In this document: positions 20,107 to 30,806 of the stretch, one piece after another | How positions within the stretch are numbered: position 1 is the stretch's first letter | Layout: each line of letters opens with the position of its first letter | From: PVC group bacterium | Lineage (GTDB): Bacteria; Verrucomicrobiota; Kiritimatiellia; UBA8416 | Length of the DNA: 64,000 bases | Assembly (NCBI GenBank): GCA_003567005.1 | Contig: PXBF01000068.1 | Coordinates: 12,392 to 76,391, forward strand | Reading direction: 5' to 3' | Made by a program: the position numbers and the translations under genes | The notes under the pieces: generated by a model | The model's database searches: none | What the model saw: the letters and a program-made list of their open reading frames with translations, nothing else | What the model was told of the DNA's origin: nothing

Positions 20107-21282
20107 ATGGAAACAGAACCAAAATCCAATGTATTGCGGATTCTCTTTGTTAGCGATCATCTAGGGCATGATGCCGGGCGTATTCATGGCGCCACACGAT
20201 ACTTTTTAGATGTACTGCCTCGTTTGCATCGACAAAAGCATATAGCGCTAGATGTTGTATTCCTTCGCGAACCGCATGATTGTGCACAAGAATTGCGGGC
20301 AAAAGGTGTAAATCCCACTTTTTTATCTCGTGCAAAGCATGACCCTCGTGCGGTAACCGACTTGATACACTTGATCAGGAAACACAAAATTGACATCGTG
20401 CATTGTGCTGGGATGAAAGGCATTCTAGCTGGTAGAATGGCTGCAGGGATTACAGGCGCTATCTGTATGGATCATTTTCACGACATGATTCCGCCAACCA
20501 GAAGCATTCAGATGCTCATGCGAGCAACGCGCAAACGCAGCTCGCATTCAATCGCCATCTCTGAAGCAGTTGCGCGCTTTCTACAGACTACGTTTCATAT
20601 CCTGCCGGATCACATAACCTGTATTCGCAATGGCATCAATACAGAACGATTTACGCGAAGACCATCGCCTGAAAAACAATCCCTGCTGCGACAAACATGG
20701 AAGATTCCGGATGACGCTACCATTCTTATCTGTCTAGGGCGCCTCCACCCGCTCAAAGGGCAAGAAGATGCAATTGCTGCACTTCGCTTTTTGGACGACC
20801 CCTCGATTTGGCTTTTGATGGTAGGGGATGGACCTGACGAGTGCCGTCTGAAACAAGCAGCACAGCATGCACAAGTTGTCTTTACAGGTCAACGTACGGA
20901 TATCCCTGATTTACTGGGCATCGCGTCTCTATTGCTGGCACCCTCCAAAAGTGAAGGCTTAGGGTTGGGCGCCATGGAAGCACTATGTGCGGGCGTTCCC
21001 GTACTTGCTTATCAACAAGGTGGCCTGACAGAAATAATCGAACATCACAAAAATGGCATCCTGATACCAACCGGTGAAATAGAAAGCATGGCACAATCGA
21101 TTCGCTATTTGCTTGATAACCAAGATGTCCGCAGCAAAATGTCAAGGTATGCGCAACAAAAAGGGCAAACCTATTCTCTCGATCACCATATGGAGCAATT
21201 GACACGGCTTTATGAGACCGTGAAACTACCTCCATCACTAAGACACCGGGACCCAGTCGCCGGAAGCCAGGAACGAACATGA
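20107..21282 (+). CDS. GT4 glycosyltransferase
   Basis: IRNGIN, LGRLHPLKGQ, VGDGP, PSKSEGLGLGAMEALCAGVP (EX7E). Confidence 0.93.
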   Translation: METEPKSNVLRILFVSDHLGHDAGRIHGATRYFLDVLPRLHRQKHIALDVVFLREPHDCAQELRAKGVNPTFLSRAKHDPRAVTDLIHLIRKHKIDIVHCAGMKGILAGRMAAGITGAICMDHFHDMIPPTRSIQMLMRATRKRSSHSIAISEAVARFLQTTFHILPDHITCIRNGINTERFTRRPSPEKQSLLRQTWKIPDDATILICLGRLHPLKGQEDAIAALRFLDDPSIWLLMVGDGPDECRLKQAAQHAQVVFTGQRTDIPDLLGIASLLLAPSKSEGLGLGAMEALCAGVPVLAYQQGGLTEIIEHHKNGILIPTGEIESMAQSIRYLLDNQDVRSKMSRYAQQKGQTYSLDHHMEQLTRLYETVKLPPSLRHRDPVAGSQERT

Positions 21283-22211
21283 ACTTTCTCGCCCAAAGAA
21301 TTGCCAAAAATGGTCCGGAACTACACGCCTTACTTACGGGCGGTTTACCGTATTTTATCACTGCGCGTTCCCCCGTTCCGCTTGCGGATGCCATTCCTGT
21401 GTTTTGTTACCATGTGGTGTCAGCATCTGTATTCAAGCAAGATCTGCAGTTTTTAAAAGACAACGAATACCATACTGTAACTGCAGATCAGTTGCTGAGC
21501 TGGATCGCTGGCAACGCCAGCCCCAAACAAAAGACCGTCGTACTCACTTTTGACGATGGAGCCGACAATTTTTATCGTGTCGCATTTCCGCTCCTCCGCG
21601 CTTTTCAACAAAAAGCGGTCCTGTTTATTTCGCCGGGTTTACATCGTAGCCATAAGGAAGAGCCATTGAGACAGGAGCGACCCTGCACGTGGGAAGAGCT
21701 CCAGGAGATGCATGTGTCCGGTTTCGTCGATATCCAATCCCACTCCTGGGAACACCGATCCTTGCAACATTGGCCCACACCTCTCCCCCTAACGGGCATC
21801 GACAACCAAAGCATGCAAGACCGCCGTGGAAGGCCGCTGGATATAAAGGAAGATGTAACAAAAGCACGTCATGAACTCGAAAAACGATTTACAAAATCCG
21901 TTACCCATCTGGCCTGGCCGTGCTATTATAGCGAATCGCGAAGCATACAGCTAGCAGAGGAGGCCGGTTACAAGGGATTCTGGACGGGCACCCTACCTCG
22001 CATCCCACTCATTACACCGGGGCATGATCCGCATAAAATCGTTCGCATAAGCGGCGAATTCCTGCAGCGCCTGCCGGGGAATCGCCGTAAGCCACTGACC
22101 GCGATTCTGGCCACCCGCTATAAAAATGCATACTCCCGCCTCCGAAACAGACATGCTACTCATACACAAAATGGCGCTAAGCATTGCATCGGTGGCAGTG
22201 ATGTTCTATGA
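21279..22211 (+). CDS. Polysaccharide deacetylase (CE4)
   Basis: VFCYH, LTFDDG, IQSHSWEH, LAWP; ATGA overlap with GT4. Confidence 0.9.
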   Translation: MNFLAQRIAKNGPELHALLTGGLPYFITARSPVPLADAIPVFCYHVVSASVFKQDLQFLKDNEYHTVTADQLLSWIAGNASPKQKTVVLTFDDGADNFYRVAFPLLRAFQQKAVLFISPGLHRSHKEEPLRQERPCTWEELQEMHVSGFVDIQSHSWEHRSLQHWPTPLPLTGIDNQSMQDRRGRPLDIKEDVTKARHELEKRFTKSVTHLAWPCYYSESRSIQLAEEAGYKGFWTGTLPRIPLITPGHDPHKIVRISGEFLQRLPGNRRKPLTAILATRYKNAYSRLRNRHATHTQNGAKHCIGGSDVL

Positions 22212-23660
22212 ATGCATGATCGTCACATATACCAGGTCTGCACACACACTATGAAAGCTCTACTACACTGGGTTCGCAAACAGGATTTTTCTTATGTATA
22301 TGCCTTACTTGGGGAATCAACCCTAGGGCTCATGTTTATCTTGTATGTAGTGATTGCGCGCGTGGTCGGCCCAGCACAATACGGCATCTTTTCGGCGGCA
22401 GTTGCATTAGGAGGTATCCTCGGCGTCTTCATTCAATTCGGACTACCGGTCCTGTTGACTCGATGTGTTGCCGCACAGCCAACCGAAGGCCCCCGTGCAA
22501 CCATGCGGTTTCTCCTCATACAAGTCGTAAACAGCATCCCCATTTTCATATTCCTTCCGTTATTGACCGCTGCCCTAGGTTTTTCGCGCGAAGGACTGAT
22601 TCTCTGCTACCTTATGGTCGCCGCCGAATTATGCCGGAGTATGAAAATGTCCTGGCGGAGTGTCATGAAAGGGCACAGTTGGTTCAAAATCGAATCCATC
22701 AGTGTATTCCTGGAAAGATCTTTTACGGTGATCTTATCAGCCACTATCCTTTTCGCGACGCATAGCCTTATCCTTACCACGGGAACACTTGTTCTCGCAC
22801 GGATCCTCGATAATCTCGGCACGGGTATCTTTCTAAAACAACGCCTTCGCCTATCTCATAGCCAGCAATGCGAAACCTGGGGCCATACCTACCGCCGAGC
22901 TCTCCCATTTGCCTTACACGGTTTGATGTGGGTCGTGTACTATCAAGTTGACATGATTATGCTCAAAGCGCTCGCACCTGAAGCCGAAGTGGGGTTCTAT
23001 GGCGCAGCATACCGGGTAATGGAAATATTCGGAGCCTTACCGCGCGTTGTATTTTATGTCGCCTTCACGCAGTTCGCAAAATGCCATGCAGAAGACCCAG
23101 CCACAATGCCGCACCATATTTTCAAATCCATGCGAATGCTTTTCTTGCTGATTATCCCCTGCTTGGTCATTGCAGGATACCTTCAACCGCACGTCATCCC
23201 CTTCATGTTCGGCGAGGCTTTTGTTCTTTCGGTTAGTCTACTGGCCGTTCTTTTGCCTGGCCTGGCCATAAAAATGTTCAGCACCTTGAGCGAAGAATAC
23301 TTGTTGGCCACAGAACGGGAAAAGCAACTGCCGTATCTACTACTCATTGTATCGATAACAAATATTGCCACAAACATGATTCTGATTCCACGCATGGGCG
23401 CTATGGGTGCCGCAATCGCCACGGTCGTGAGCGAAGCGGTATTCTGCTTCCTCGGCATCATCATGTTGCTGAAAAGTCCCATTCGCCGCATGGCTGTTGG
23501 CATTTCGATCCTTGTCTTGCCAACAATCGCTATCGCTACGGCACCATCGCTCTACCTTGCCGGAATCCCCATACTCTCCACGCTCGGCATTCTCGCATTT
23601 AGCATATCCGCAGTATGGTTCATGATGAGCACGCTATCCCGGCAAACCCAGTCCCGTTAG
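22212..23660 (+). CDS. Wzx-like flippase (MOP superfamily)
   Basis: ARVVGPAQYG, YYQVDMIML..EVGFYGAAYR, LIPRMGAMGAAIAT; many TMs. Confidence 0.9.
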   Translation: MHDRHIYQVCTHTMKALLHWVRKQDFSYVYALLGESTLGLMFILYVVIARVVGPAQYGIFSAAVALGGILGVFIQFGLPVLLTRCVAAQPTEGPRATMRFLLIQVVNSIPIFIFLPLLTAALGFSREGLILCYLMVAAELCRSMKMSWRSVMKGHSWFKIESISVFLERSFTVILSATILFATHSLILTTGTLVLARILDNLGTGIFLKQRLRLSHSQQCETWGHTYRRALPFALHGLMWVVYYQVDMIMLKALAPEAEVGFYGAAYRVMEIFGALPRVVFYVAFTQFAKCHAEDPATMPHHIFKSMRMLFLLIIPCLVIAGYLQPHVIPFMFGEAFVLSVSLLAVLLPGLAIKMFSTLSEEYLLATEREKQLPYLLLIVSITNIATNMILIPRMGAMGAAIATVVSEAVFCFLGIIMLLKSPIRRMAVGISILVLPTIAIATAPSLYLAGIPILSTLGILAFSISAVWFMMSTLSRQTQSR

Positions 23661-26218
23661 TCTAGCCGCTCGATTTCCATTCTCTTGACTTCAATAGAGG
23701 CCGCACGATTATATTCATACGCAAGTGTCATCGGCAAAAAAGCGGTTTGATGAAAAAGGATCTCGGCAACAGTCTGTCCCCCATATACCTCTACTTCATG
23801 CGTATTCCCAGCAGCAGCATCTTCACGAAAGCGGATCGAACCAAGAGAAACATCGTCATCCGCGCGATAAACCAATCGCACAGCATAGCTGCCTATCGGT
23901 AGTGGTAATCGCGGACCATACAACACGACATTTGCAGGAACAGATTCCGGGCGCAGCATCACGCTATTTGCCGCGAGATCAGTATAGCCAGCGCGAAACA
24001 GTGTCGGCGCTGGAATCGCGAATGTGTCCCCCACCTCTAAAGCATCCGGCACACGACCTTTGGCAATATACACTTGGTCTACGTCGATCTGCCCCTCCTG
24101 CAACGCAAGGGTAAACGAGAGGTTGGTAGAAAATCCAGAAAAAGAAGAATATGGTATATCAAACCAGGTCCAGTCCGTAGATTCAACAGGATAAGACGCC
24201 TGCACGATTTCCTCTTCTATCCGCATCGAGCGTTGCAAAACACCCTTTCCGCGTAAACGCGCAGACACCCGCAAACCATCCAGATCATGCATCCCCCAAT
24301 CAGGAATCTTTATCCCTTGGTTTGGTGCTGCTAGACGCAAGAAAGGCGCACCACCACGATTGGGGTCGGCATGAGTCGCAATGTCCGCAGACAAAGCAAT
24401 ACGCGTTGCATCCCACCGATAGGTTATCGATGCAGTGTCCCAATCCACTACCTTCTCATTTGCGCTATCGGCAGTTTCCCGAATTTCAAAGGCCCAGACT
24501 GATCGATCTTGTGTAAGATAACGAAGACGATCATGCGCAAGAAAAAGCTGTAATGTCTGCGCCACGCCAAATGGACTTACGCGTTCAGGAAATGCATCCT
24601 CATGCAAGAGCAGATGACGAATCCCCATATCAAGGAGCGCATCCAGTTGCGCATCAGAGGCATAACCACGATTCAAACTGATAAAACGATAAAAAACATC
24701 ATCAATATAGCGTTGCGATACATTCGGGCTATATCCATTGAGCATTCGGATACGATACATCATACCGTAATACTGATACAAAGAAGACCAATGCGTATCA
24801 CCTGGCCATAAAACGATCGCTAGCGCGCGGGGATCCTCGCCGTGCAGCGCTGCGTTGTCCACAACAGCTTGATAGGCTGCTTGTTCACGATCCAACAAAC
24901 TGATTGTGGGTTCAACACGCAATCCCACTTCCAAAACCATACAAGCAACAGCAATGCCGCTTACCATGCGAACCCAGCGTAACCGTTTTGCATGGATGAT
25001 CGTAAGCGCACCAGCCATAAATACCGCGACCAAGGAAGGAAGCAATACTAATATTTTGGCTGGTTGCCGGATCATGCGATAGGGCGGAACGACACGTCCC
25101 AACCGTTCCCACCAGACCTCAGCTGCATAAACTGGCATTCTTGGGCCAAGCGCCAATAATAGTACCCCTAATACCCCAACCAGCAATCCACAAAAAAGAA
25201 GGTCCTTGCGACGACGATCCGCCTCTTTTTGTGCAACAAGTCGACGGAACAAGATTACGGCTCCAAGAACCATGCTTAAGAAGATGGTCCAAGTAAGATA
25301 TACATAGCTATAAGGATCCAACGCGCCGCGAAAGAGATAAGACTGCCAGACAGGTGAAAACAATCGGACCTCATCAATCGTGCGCCCGCCAGACATGGCT
25401 GTGTCTTCCAACCCTTGCCGCACAAACCAAGCTTGCAGCAACACGAGCACAGCAAATCCGACAAAAGGAAGCATGCCCGAAACAATGCTACGAAAACGTT
25501 GCATCGACAAAGACCATCCATCATATAAATACAACCAAACGCACCAGAATGGAGCAAGCAACGCAAGAAAGAAGAACACATGCATATCGGCCCATCCGGA
25601 AAGCAAGAACACAAGTCCTGCCATGGCGCCCCCTCGCATACGCCCGTTGCGTATAGCCCAGTCTAATCCGAGCAAAAAGAATGGTACGTACGCCATTCCG
25701 AAACCAGTAGGACTCCCATGCAAAAAGGTTGCAAGTCGGTACGGGAAAAGTGTGACGACCGTACTGATCCCCCATTGTATAAATGAATCACGACAATATC
25801 GCCGAATGAGCAACAAGGTCCCCAAAAGGGTAAGCCATAATGATAGCAGCCCCGTAAGATTCCATCCAAATGCGCTACCGCCCGCAAAAGACCCCAAAGC
25901 ATAAATTGCAGAAAAGGGCATATAATAGAAATCGGGCACAAAGCGATCCGCATCCACGCCCTCATTAAATTCATAGAGATTATGAAACCATGGCGTCTCC
26001 CCGCGAATGAAGTCAGCAGCGAGCTGAAAGAAATAGAGCAACTGCAAATGATCGCCAGCGATCATTTCTCTTGCCCCACCGAGCTCTGGGGTATGCGATG
26101 AGGGAATCCCCGTGCTGGCGTAACGAGCCAGAGGCCACGTGATAATACTACTACATACCAACGCAATCAAAAGCGTACCAAATCCAATTGCCACACTGCG
26201 TTTCCAATCAGACGTCAT
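23657..26218 (-). CDS. YfhO-like / GT-C-like membrane protein with soluble C-terminal domains
   Basis: Start moved to MTSDWKR (AAGGA RBS); TWPL, GDHLQ, LALGP, RQPAK, MLNGYSP motifs; stop overlaps flippase stop. Confidence 0.65.
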   Translation of the reverse strand: MTSDWKRSVAIGFGTLLIALVCSSIITWPLARYASTGIPSSHTPELGGAREMIAGDHLQLLYFFQLAADFIRGETPWFHNLYEFNEGVDADRFVPDFYYMPFSAIYALGSFAGGSAFGWNLTGLLSLWLTLLGTLLLIRRYCRDSFIQWGISTVVTLFPYRLATFLHGSPTGFGMAYVPFFLLGLDWAIRNGRMRGGAMAGLVFLLSGWADMHVFFFLALLAPFWCVWLYLYDGWSLSMQRFRSIVSGMLPFVGFAVLVLLQAWFVRQGLEDTAMSGGRTIDEVRLFSPVWQSYLFRGALDPYSYVYLTWTIFLSMVLGAVILFRRLVAQKEADRRRKDLLFCGLLVGVLGVLLLALGPRMPVYAAEVWWERLGRVVPPYRMIRQPAKILVLLPSLVAVFMAGALTIIHAKRLRWVRMVSGIAVACMVLEVGLRVEPTISLLDREQAAYQAVVDNAALHGEDPRALAIVLWPGDTHWSSLYQYYGMMYRIRMLNGYSPNVSQRYIDDVFYRFISLNRGYASDAQLDALLDMGIRHLLLHEDAFPERVSPFGVAQTLQLFLAHDRLRYLTQDRSVWAFEIRETADSANEKVVDWDTASITYRWDATRIALSADIATHADPNRGGAPFLRLAAPNQGIKIPDWGMHDLDGLRVSARLRGKGVLQRSMRIEEEIVQASYPVESTDWTWFDIPYSSFSGFSTNLSFTLALQEGQIDVDQVYIAKGRVPDALEVGDTFAIPAPTLFRAGYTDLAANSVMLRPESVPANVVLYGPRLPLPIGSYAVRLVYRADDDVSLGSIRFREDAAAGNTHEVEVYGGQTVAEILFHQTAFLPMTLAYEYNRAASIEVKRMEIERLD

Positions 26219-26286
26219 ACATCCATTCCTTTCGTACCCGAAAAAATCAATACATCCTGTTCGCACGGGCCATCGCTCGATGCCGT

Positions 26287-27459
26287 TTAAGCACACAACT
26301 CCTCGTATACCTTGCCAAGCTCGCGCTTGAAGTAGGCAAAATTATATTTTTCCTGTATCAGCCGCATCCCGCCTACTCCCAATTTCTCACGCAGATTCTC
26401 ATCCTCGACCAACCGAAGCATGGCTTGAGCATAGCTGGCCGCATCGGCCGCTCCAAATACGGCTGTCGATTCATTCAAAATTTGACGGTTGGCCTCATTC
26501 TCCGTGGCAACGATCGGACGCGCAGCTTTCAGATAATCAAGAATTTTAAGTGGTGTATTGGTCCCGGCAATTCGTGGTGACAAAAGAATATCCGACCCAG
26601 CCAATATATCCGGCAAACGATCAGGAGGGATCAATCCTGCAAAATGGACACAATGCGCGCAGCCAGCTTGCTGCATCTGCTCCTTACGGGAGGCTATCTG
26701 CGCAGGCGAACCACCGATAATAACAAAACGGGCCCGCGGATCGGCGCGGCAGACAATAGGAATACTCGAAAAAAGCAAATCAATCCCCTGATATACGGCA
26801 AAAGACCCAACGTATGTCAAAAGGATATCGTTCGCATGTTTTACTAATGCTTTCCGTTGGGTAGATGCACACTCCGGCGAACTTTCTGCAAGCGACGAAG
26901 GGATGTCGGGAATTTCAACCACGGTTTTGTCCGGACACAGCGCGGCCGCGTATTCGGCCAATTTGGGTCCTGTGCCAATGACCGCCGTTGCACGCCGAAT
27001 CGTCCATCGTTCCACCGCCGCATACATGCGCATGACAACATTGCGCAAGTACCCCTTACGATAGGAACGCGGATCCGAATGTTTTTCAAAAACAAATGGA
27101 AGGTCATACCGCCGTGCCAACCAAGCACACACAGCACCGGTATCTTCAACCCCATGCAAACATGTATACACTTCGTTGCGTAACATACTACGGGCACGTA
27201 AGAGCAAAAGAACATCAAACAGGATTTTTGAAATGGATGGCCCGATCGGGAGATTTCTGACCCCCGGAATCGACCGGGTGCGCACAATCGTAACCCCCTG
27301 ATAACCGGGGTCTTCACCAAAAGGTGGCACGAGCAGATCGACCACATATCCCAGTTGCACTAATGCCTGTACATCAAAGCCGACGCGAATGGGCGACCCG
27401 CGCCATTGAAAAAAGGGCTGGGAAACAACAAACAAAACGCGCTTTTTAAACCTTGGCAT
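26287..27459 (-). CDS. GT4 glycosyltransferase
   Basis: QPFFQWRGSP, YVGSFAVYQGID, LLSPR..GTNTPLKILDYLKAARPIVAT. Confidence 0.9.
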   Translation of the reverse strand: MPRFKKRVLFVVSQPFFQWRGSPIRVGFDVQALVQLGYVVDLLVPPFGEDPGYQGVTIVRTRSIPGVRNLPIGPSISKILFDVLLLLRARSMLRNEVYTCLHGVEDTGAVCAWLARRYDLPFVFEKHSDPRSYRKGYLRNVVMRMYAAVERWTIRRATAVIGTGPKLAEYAAALCPDKTVVEIPDIPSSLAESSPECASTQRKALVKHANDILLTYVGSFAVYQGIDLLFSSIPIVCRADPRARFVIIGGSPAQIASRKEQMQQAGCAHCVHFAGLIPPDRLPDILAGSDILLSPRIAGTNTPLKILDYLKAARPIVATENEANRQILNESTAVFGAADAASYAQAMLRLVEDENLREKLGVGGMRLIQEKYNFAYFKRELGKVYEELCA

Positions 27460-27626
27460 ACAATCTCCTTGTACGACAAAGCACTACCAAAAAGGATACG
27501 GAAAAGGAATACTTAGTTTGCTCGTGATTGTGTTTTCCTCTATGCTCTCTGGCTTAGCAGCTATGCAGCAGTAGAAGGTTGAATATTTTTTTGTCCCTAA
27601 CATCGTGACACCGCGGAGAGGAGTGA

Positions 27627-28619
27627 ATGATGCAATGCGCCATTGTGACCGGAGCCGGCGGCTTCACCGGAAGCAAACTCTGTCGACATTTACTCGAACA
27701 TAAGGTTCGTGTGAAGGCCATGATACGGCCAGAGGCGAATACGGACAGACTGAAAGACCTCGATGTCGAAATCGTGCGCGGGGACATCGGACACGATGAT
27801 GGTCTTTCCTCAATCGACTTCCAACATGTGGATACCGTTTTCCATATTGCTGCAATGTACCGGCAAGAGGGCGCCACCCGAGACGTCTTTCGAAACATAA
27901 ATGTGAATGGAACCAAACGTATTCTCAAAAAAGCATCGGCAGCAAGGGTCAAGCGATTTGTACATTGTAGCACAGCAGGTGTCCACGGCTGGATTGATCG
28001 CGAAAACCCCGCTAACGAAAACGCACCTTTTCGCCCCGGAGACTGGTATCAGGAGACAAAACTGGAAGGAGAACAGTGCGCAACCGAATGGGGCAAATTG
28101 CACAACCTTCCCGTAACCGTGATTCGGCCTACGGCAATCTGCGGCCCCGGAGACACACGGTTCTTAAAGCTTTTTCGGGCCATTCATCGTCGACGCTTTG
28201 TCATGATCGGGAGTGGCCGGCACCATTATCACTTTGTCCATGTAGATGACTTAGCCCAAGGATTCATCAAAGCCGCACAAAGCGAAAAAGCGGCGGGCGA
28301 AACCTTCATCATCCCGGGACCCTACTCCATCACGCTTCAGGTCATGGTGGCATATATATGCCAGATCCTTGATGCCCCGCTCCCACACTTGCGTATCCCT
28401 GTATTTCCGGTAACGCTGGCTGCCCATACCTGCGCTGCCATCTGTAAACGTATCGGAATTACGCCTCCTTTGTATCCACGCAGAGTTGATTTCTTTACCA
28501 AGCATCGCTCATATGATGGAAGCAAAGCGCATACCCTACTTGCGTATCAGCCACGCATTTCCCCATTCGAAGCACTATCGCAAATGGGCGCATGGTACCG
28601 GGAGCATAAACTCTTATAA
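27627..28619 (+). CDS. NAD-dependent epimerase/dehydratase (extended SDR)
   Basis: VTGAGGFTG, VFHIAA, HCST, YQETK (YxxxK), GPGD, HVDDLA. Confidence 0.92.
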   Translation: MMQCAIVTGAGGFTGSKLCRHLLEHKVRVKAMIRPEANTDRLKDLDVEIVRGDIGHDDGLSSIDFQHVDTVFHIAAMYRQEGATRDVFRNINVNGTKRILKKASAARVKRFVHCSTAGVHGWIDRENPANENAPFRPGDWYQETKLEGEQCATEWGKLHNLPVTVIRPTAICGPGDTRFLKLFRAIHRRRFVMIGSGRHHYHFVHVDDLAQGFIKAAQSEKAAGETFIIPGPYSITLQVMVAYICQILDAPLPHLRIPVFPVTLAAHTCAAICKRIGITPPLYPRRVDFFTKHRSYDGSKAHTLLAYQPRISPFEALSQMGAWYREHKLL

Positions 28620-28639
28620 TCCTGCAGAAAGGAGCATAT

Positions 28640-29176
28640 ATGCCTTCCCCTTACGCTCACACAGTCGCTGGTGTCATCCTCGCAACACCGTGGTTGCAAA
28701 ACAAACAGATTGCCCTTAAACATAAAGAGGATATTGCTACCATACTCGGTTTTTCCCTTGCTCCCGACCTCGACGTAATCCCTGGCTTTATCACTAATGA
28801 TCTACCCTCGTATCACAACCAATTTTCTCATAGCATCCTGTTTGGCATAAGCATATGCCTCATATATGCTGGATTCCGTTTACTCCTTCCTGCCCCTAAG
28901 TCTTTTATGAGAACCGCAATCATAGCTGCATCCGCATATGGTTTACACCTACTCATGGATTTGTTTACCTATGGGCGCGGTCTAAAATTATTTTGGCCCA
29001 TTACCAACCAGCGCTTCCACCCCCCCTTTTTGCTTTTCTACGGCGTACGCCACTCAGAAGGTTGGTTTTCCTATCACCATTGGATTACGATTGCAACGGA
29101 ATCACTTACCATGCTGCCACTGTTAGCTGTGGCATGGTTGTTTGCAAGACAAAGGAGAACATGCAATGAGCAATGA
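28640..29176 (+). CDS. YdjM-like membrane metal-dependent hydrolase
   Basis: MPSPYAH, APDLD, HNQFSHS, LHLLMD, LFWP. Confidence 0.85.
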   Translation: MPSPYAHTVAGVILATPWLQNKQIALKHKEDIATILGFSLAPDLDVIPGFITNDLPSYHNQFSHSILFGISICLIYAGFRLLLPAPKSFMRTAIIAASAYGLHLLMDLFTYGRGLKLFWPITNQRFHPPFLLFYGVRHSEGWFSYHHWITIATESLTMLPLLAVAWLFARQRRTCNEQ

Positions 29177-29930
29177 TGTATCAATGCCACATAACCTCCC
29201 CCATCCACCCATGGCAGATATCGAAACCGCGTCTGAAGACTACGCAACGCGTTTTGCAGGCCCCTCTGGCAAATGGTTACTCAAGATACAAGAGAGAGGT
29301 GTACGCTATGCCCTCAAACGAGCTACCCATACGCCAACCGTGCTGGATGTAGGGGGGGGGCACGCACAATTAACCCATGTGTATCTGGAACAAGAACGGA
29401 ACGTAACCATTGCTGGAAGCGCTGCTGAACCGGCTGGACGATTACAAACATTTCTTTCAAATCCGAATTGTAAATATCAATACGCAAATTTGTTGCAATT
29501 ACCATACCCCAAAAAAAGTTTTCAACTAGTTGCCTCTTTCCGGTTATTGACCCATTGTGAGCAATGGGAACAACTCGTAGAACAACTCTGCCGCGTCTCG
29601 CAACAGTATGTAATGATCGATTACCCCACTTCTCAAAGCATAAATGCTATTGCGCCCGCTCTGTTTGATGCAAAAAAGAAAATCGAAAAAAACACACGTT
29701 ACTGGCGCTCTTTCCGCCACAAGGAAGTCGATGCAGCCTTTTCTGAGCATGGATTCAAACGTATTACCACATACAAGCAGTTTTTCTTTCCCATGGCATT
29801 GCACCGCATGCTGCAATGCCGCCCACTGAGCTGCGTCATCGAAGGGATCGCGCGAGCATCCGGTTTAACTCGCTGGCTCGGTTCTCCGGTCATCGCCCTC
29901 TACCAGTTTGCGAATACAGAAGAAGATTGA
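29166..29930 (+). CDS. Class I SAM-dependent methyltransferase
   Basis: VLDVGGGHAQ motif I, LPYPKKSF, RLLTH; start MSND after AAGGAG. Confidence 0.88.
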   Translation: MSNDVSMPHNLPHPPMADIETASEDYATRFAGPSGKWLLKIQERGVRYALKRATHTPTVLDVGGGHAQLTHVYLEQERNVTIAGSAAEPAGRLQTFLSNPNCKYQYANLLQLPYPKKSFQLVASFRLLTHCEQWEQLVEQLCRVSQQYVMIDYPTSQSINAIAPALFDAKKKIEKNTRYWRSFRHKEVDAAFSEHGFKRITTYKQFFFPMALHRMLQCRPLSCVIEGIARASGLTRWLGSPVIALYQFANTEED

Positions 29931-30065
29931 CCCTACGCTGTTTTGCTGTATGTTTAAAACCATGTCTGGTAGAGACATGGAAAGGAGGCATGATAATACC
30001 ACCGATTCATGACGAGTACGTTACAAATCAAACAATGTCTAAAAAAATATATAAGGAGACCAGTT

Positions 30066-30692
30066 ATGTTACATAAAATGTCTATTACCATGTTAGCGTT
30101 GATTCTCGCTACGCCAGCCCTGGCAATTGTTAGCCAACCCATTGCAGAAGATGCGTCGGTAACGCCTGCGGGAACCATTCGCATGAGTGGCGGTGTCACG
30201 CTGGAAAGCGATTTCCAAATGTACGGCGTGCGGGGATCCTACACGCTCATTGATGGGTTAACGGCATTTTTGGGTGCTGGTATTGCGGATCCCGACTTCT
30301 GGGGAACCGGCCCATACATTCAGGCAGGGGGTTCCTACGCACTACCTAACTTAGATTTACCCGTAGACCTCGCGCTTCGCGGCGGACTTGGGTTTACAAC
30401 GTTTAGCCGAGGAGGCGCTGATCTGGATATCACCAGCTTCAATGGTGGTCTACTCGCAAGCGCACCTGTGCACGATATGGTTACGCTCTATGGATTTGGT
30501 GGCTTGAGTATTGTGCGGACCGAAGTGAGTGGAAGTTTTGCTGGTTTCAGAAGCTCCACAAGCGATACGGACACGGAGCCAGCCATTGCCGTTGGTGGTA
30601 TGTTTGACTTGGATCAAAATATCTCCTTCTATGGAGAGCTTGCACACATAGATGAACTCTTTATCAGTGTAGGCGCCCGCTACACATTCTAA
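30066..30692 (+). CDS. Small outer-membrane beta-barrel protein
   Basis: AAGGAG RBS, signal peptide (PALA), amphipathic strands, C-terminal VGARYTF. Confidence 0.8.
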   Translation: MLHKMSITMLALILATPALAIVSQPIAEDASVTPAGTIRMSGGVTLESDFQMYGVRGSYTLIDGLTAFLGAGIADPDFWGTGPYIQAGGSYALPNLDLPVDLALRGGLGFTTFSRGGADLDITSFNGGLLASAPVHDMVTLYGFGGLSIVRTEVSGSFAGFRSSTSDTDTEPAIAVGGMFDLDQNISFYGELAHIDELFISVGARYTF

Positions 30693-30706
30693 AAACCGTT
30701 CCTTGC

Positions 30707-30753
30707 GAAGCCTGCGTGTAAGCCAAAGGCCTATGCACGCAGGCTTCTTGTTT
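30707..30753 (+). terminator. Intrinsic terminator after beta-barrel gene
   Basis: Stem GAAGCCTGCGTGTA / TGCACGCAGGCTTC followed by TTGTTT. Confidence 0.7.
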
Positions 30754-30806
30754 CCCGCTTTTCACATTTCTACCTTTTCCAGCTCCAGTATGGTAATTAT
30801 ACGTTT

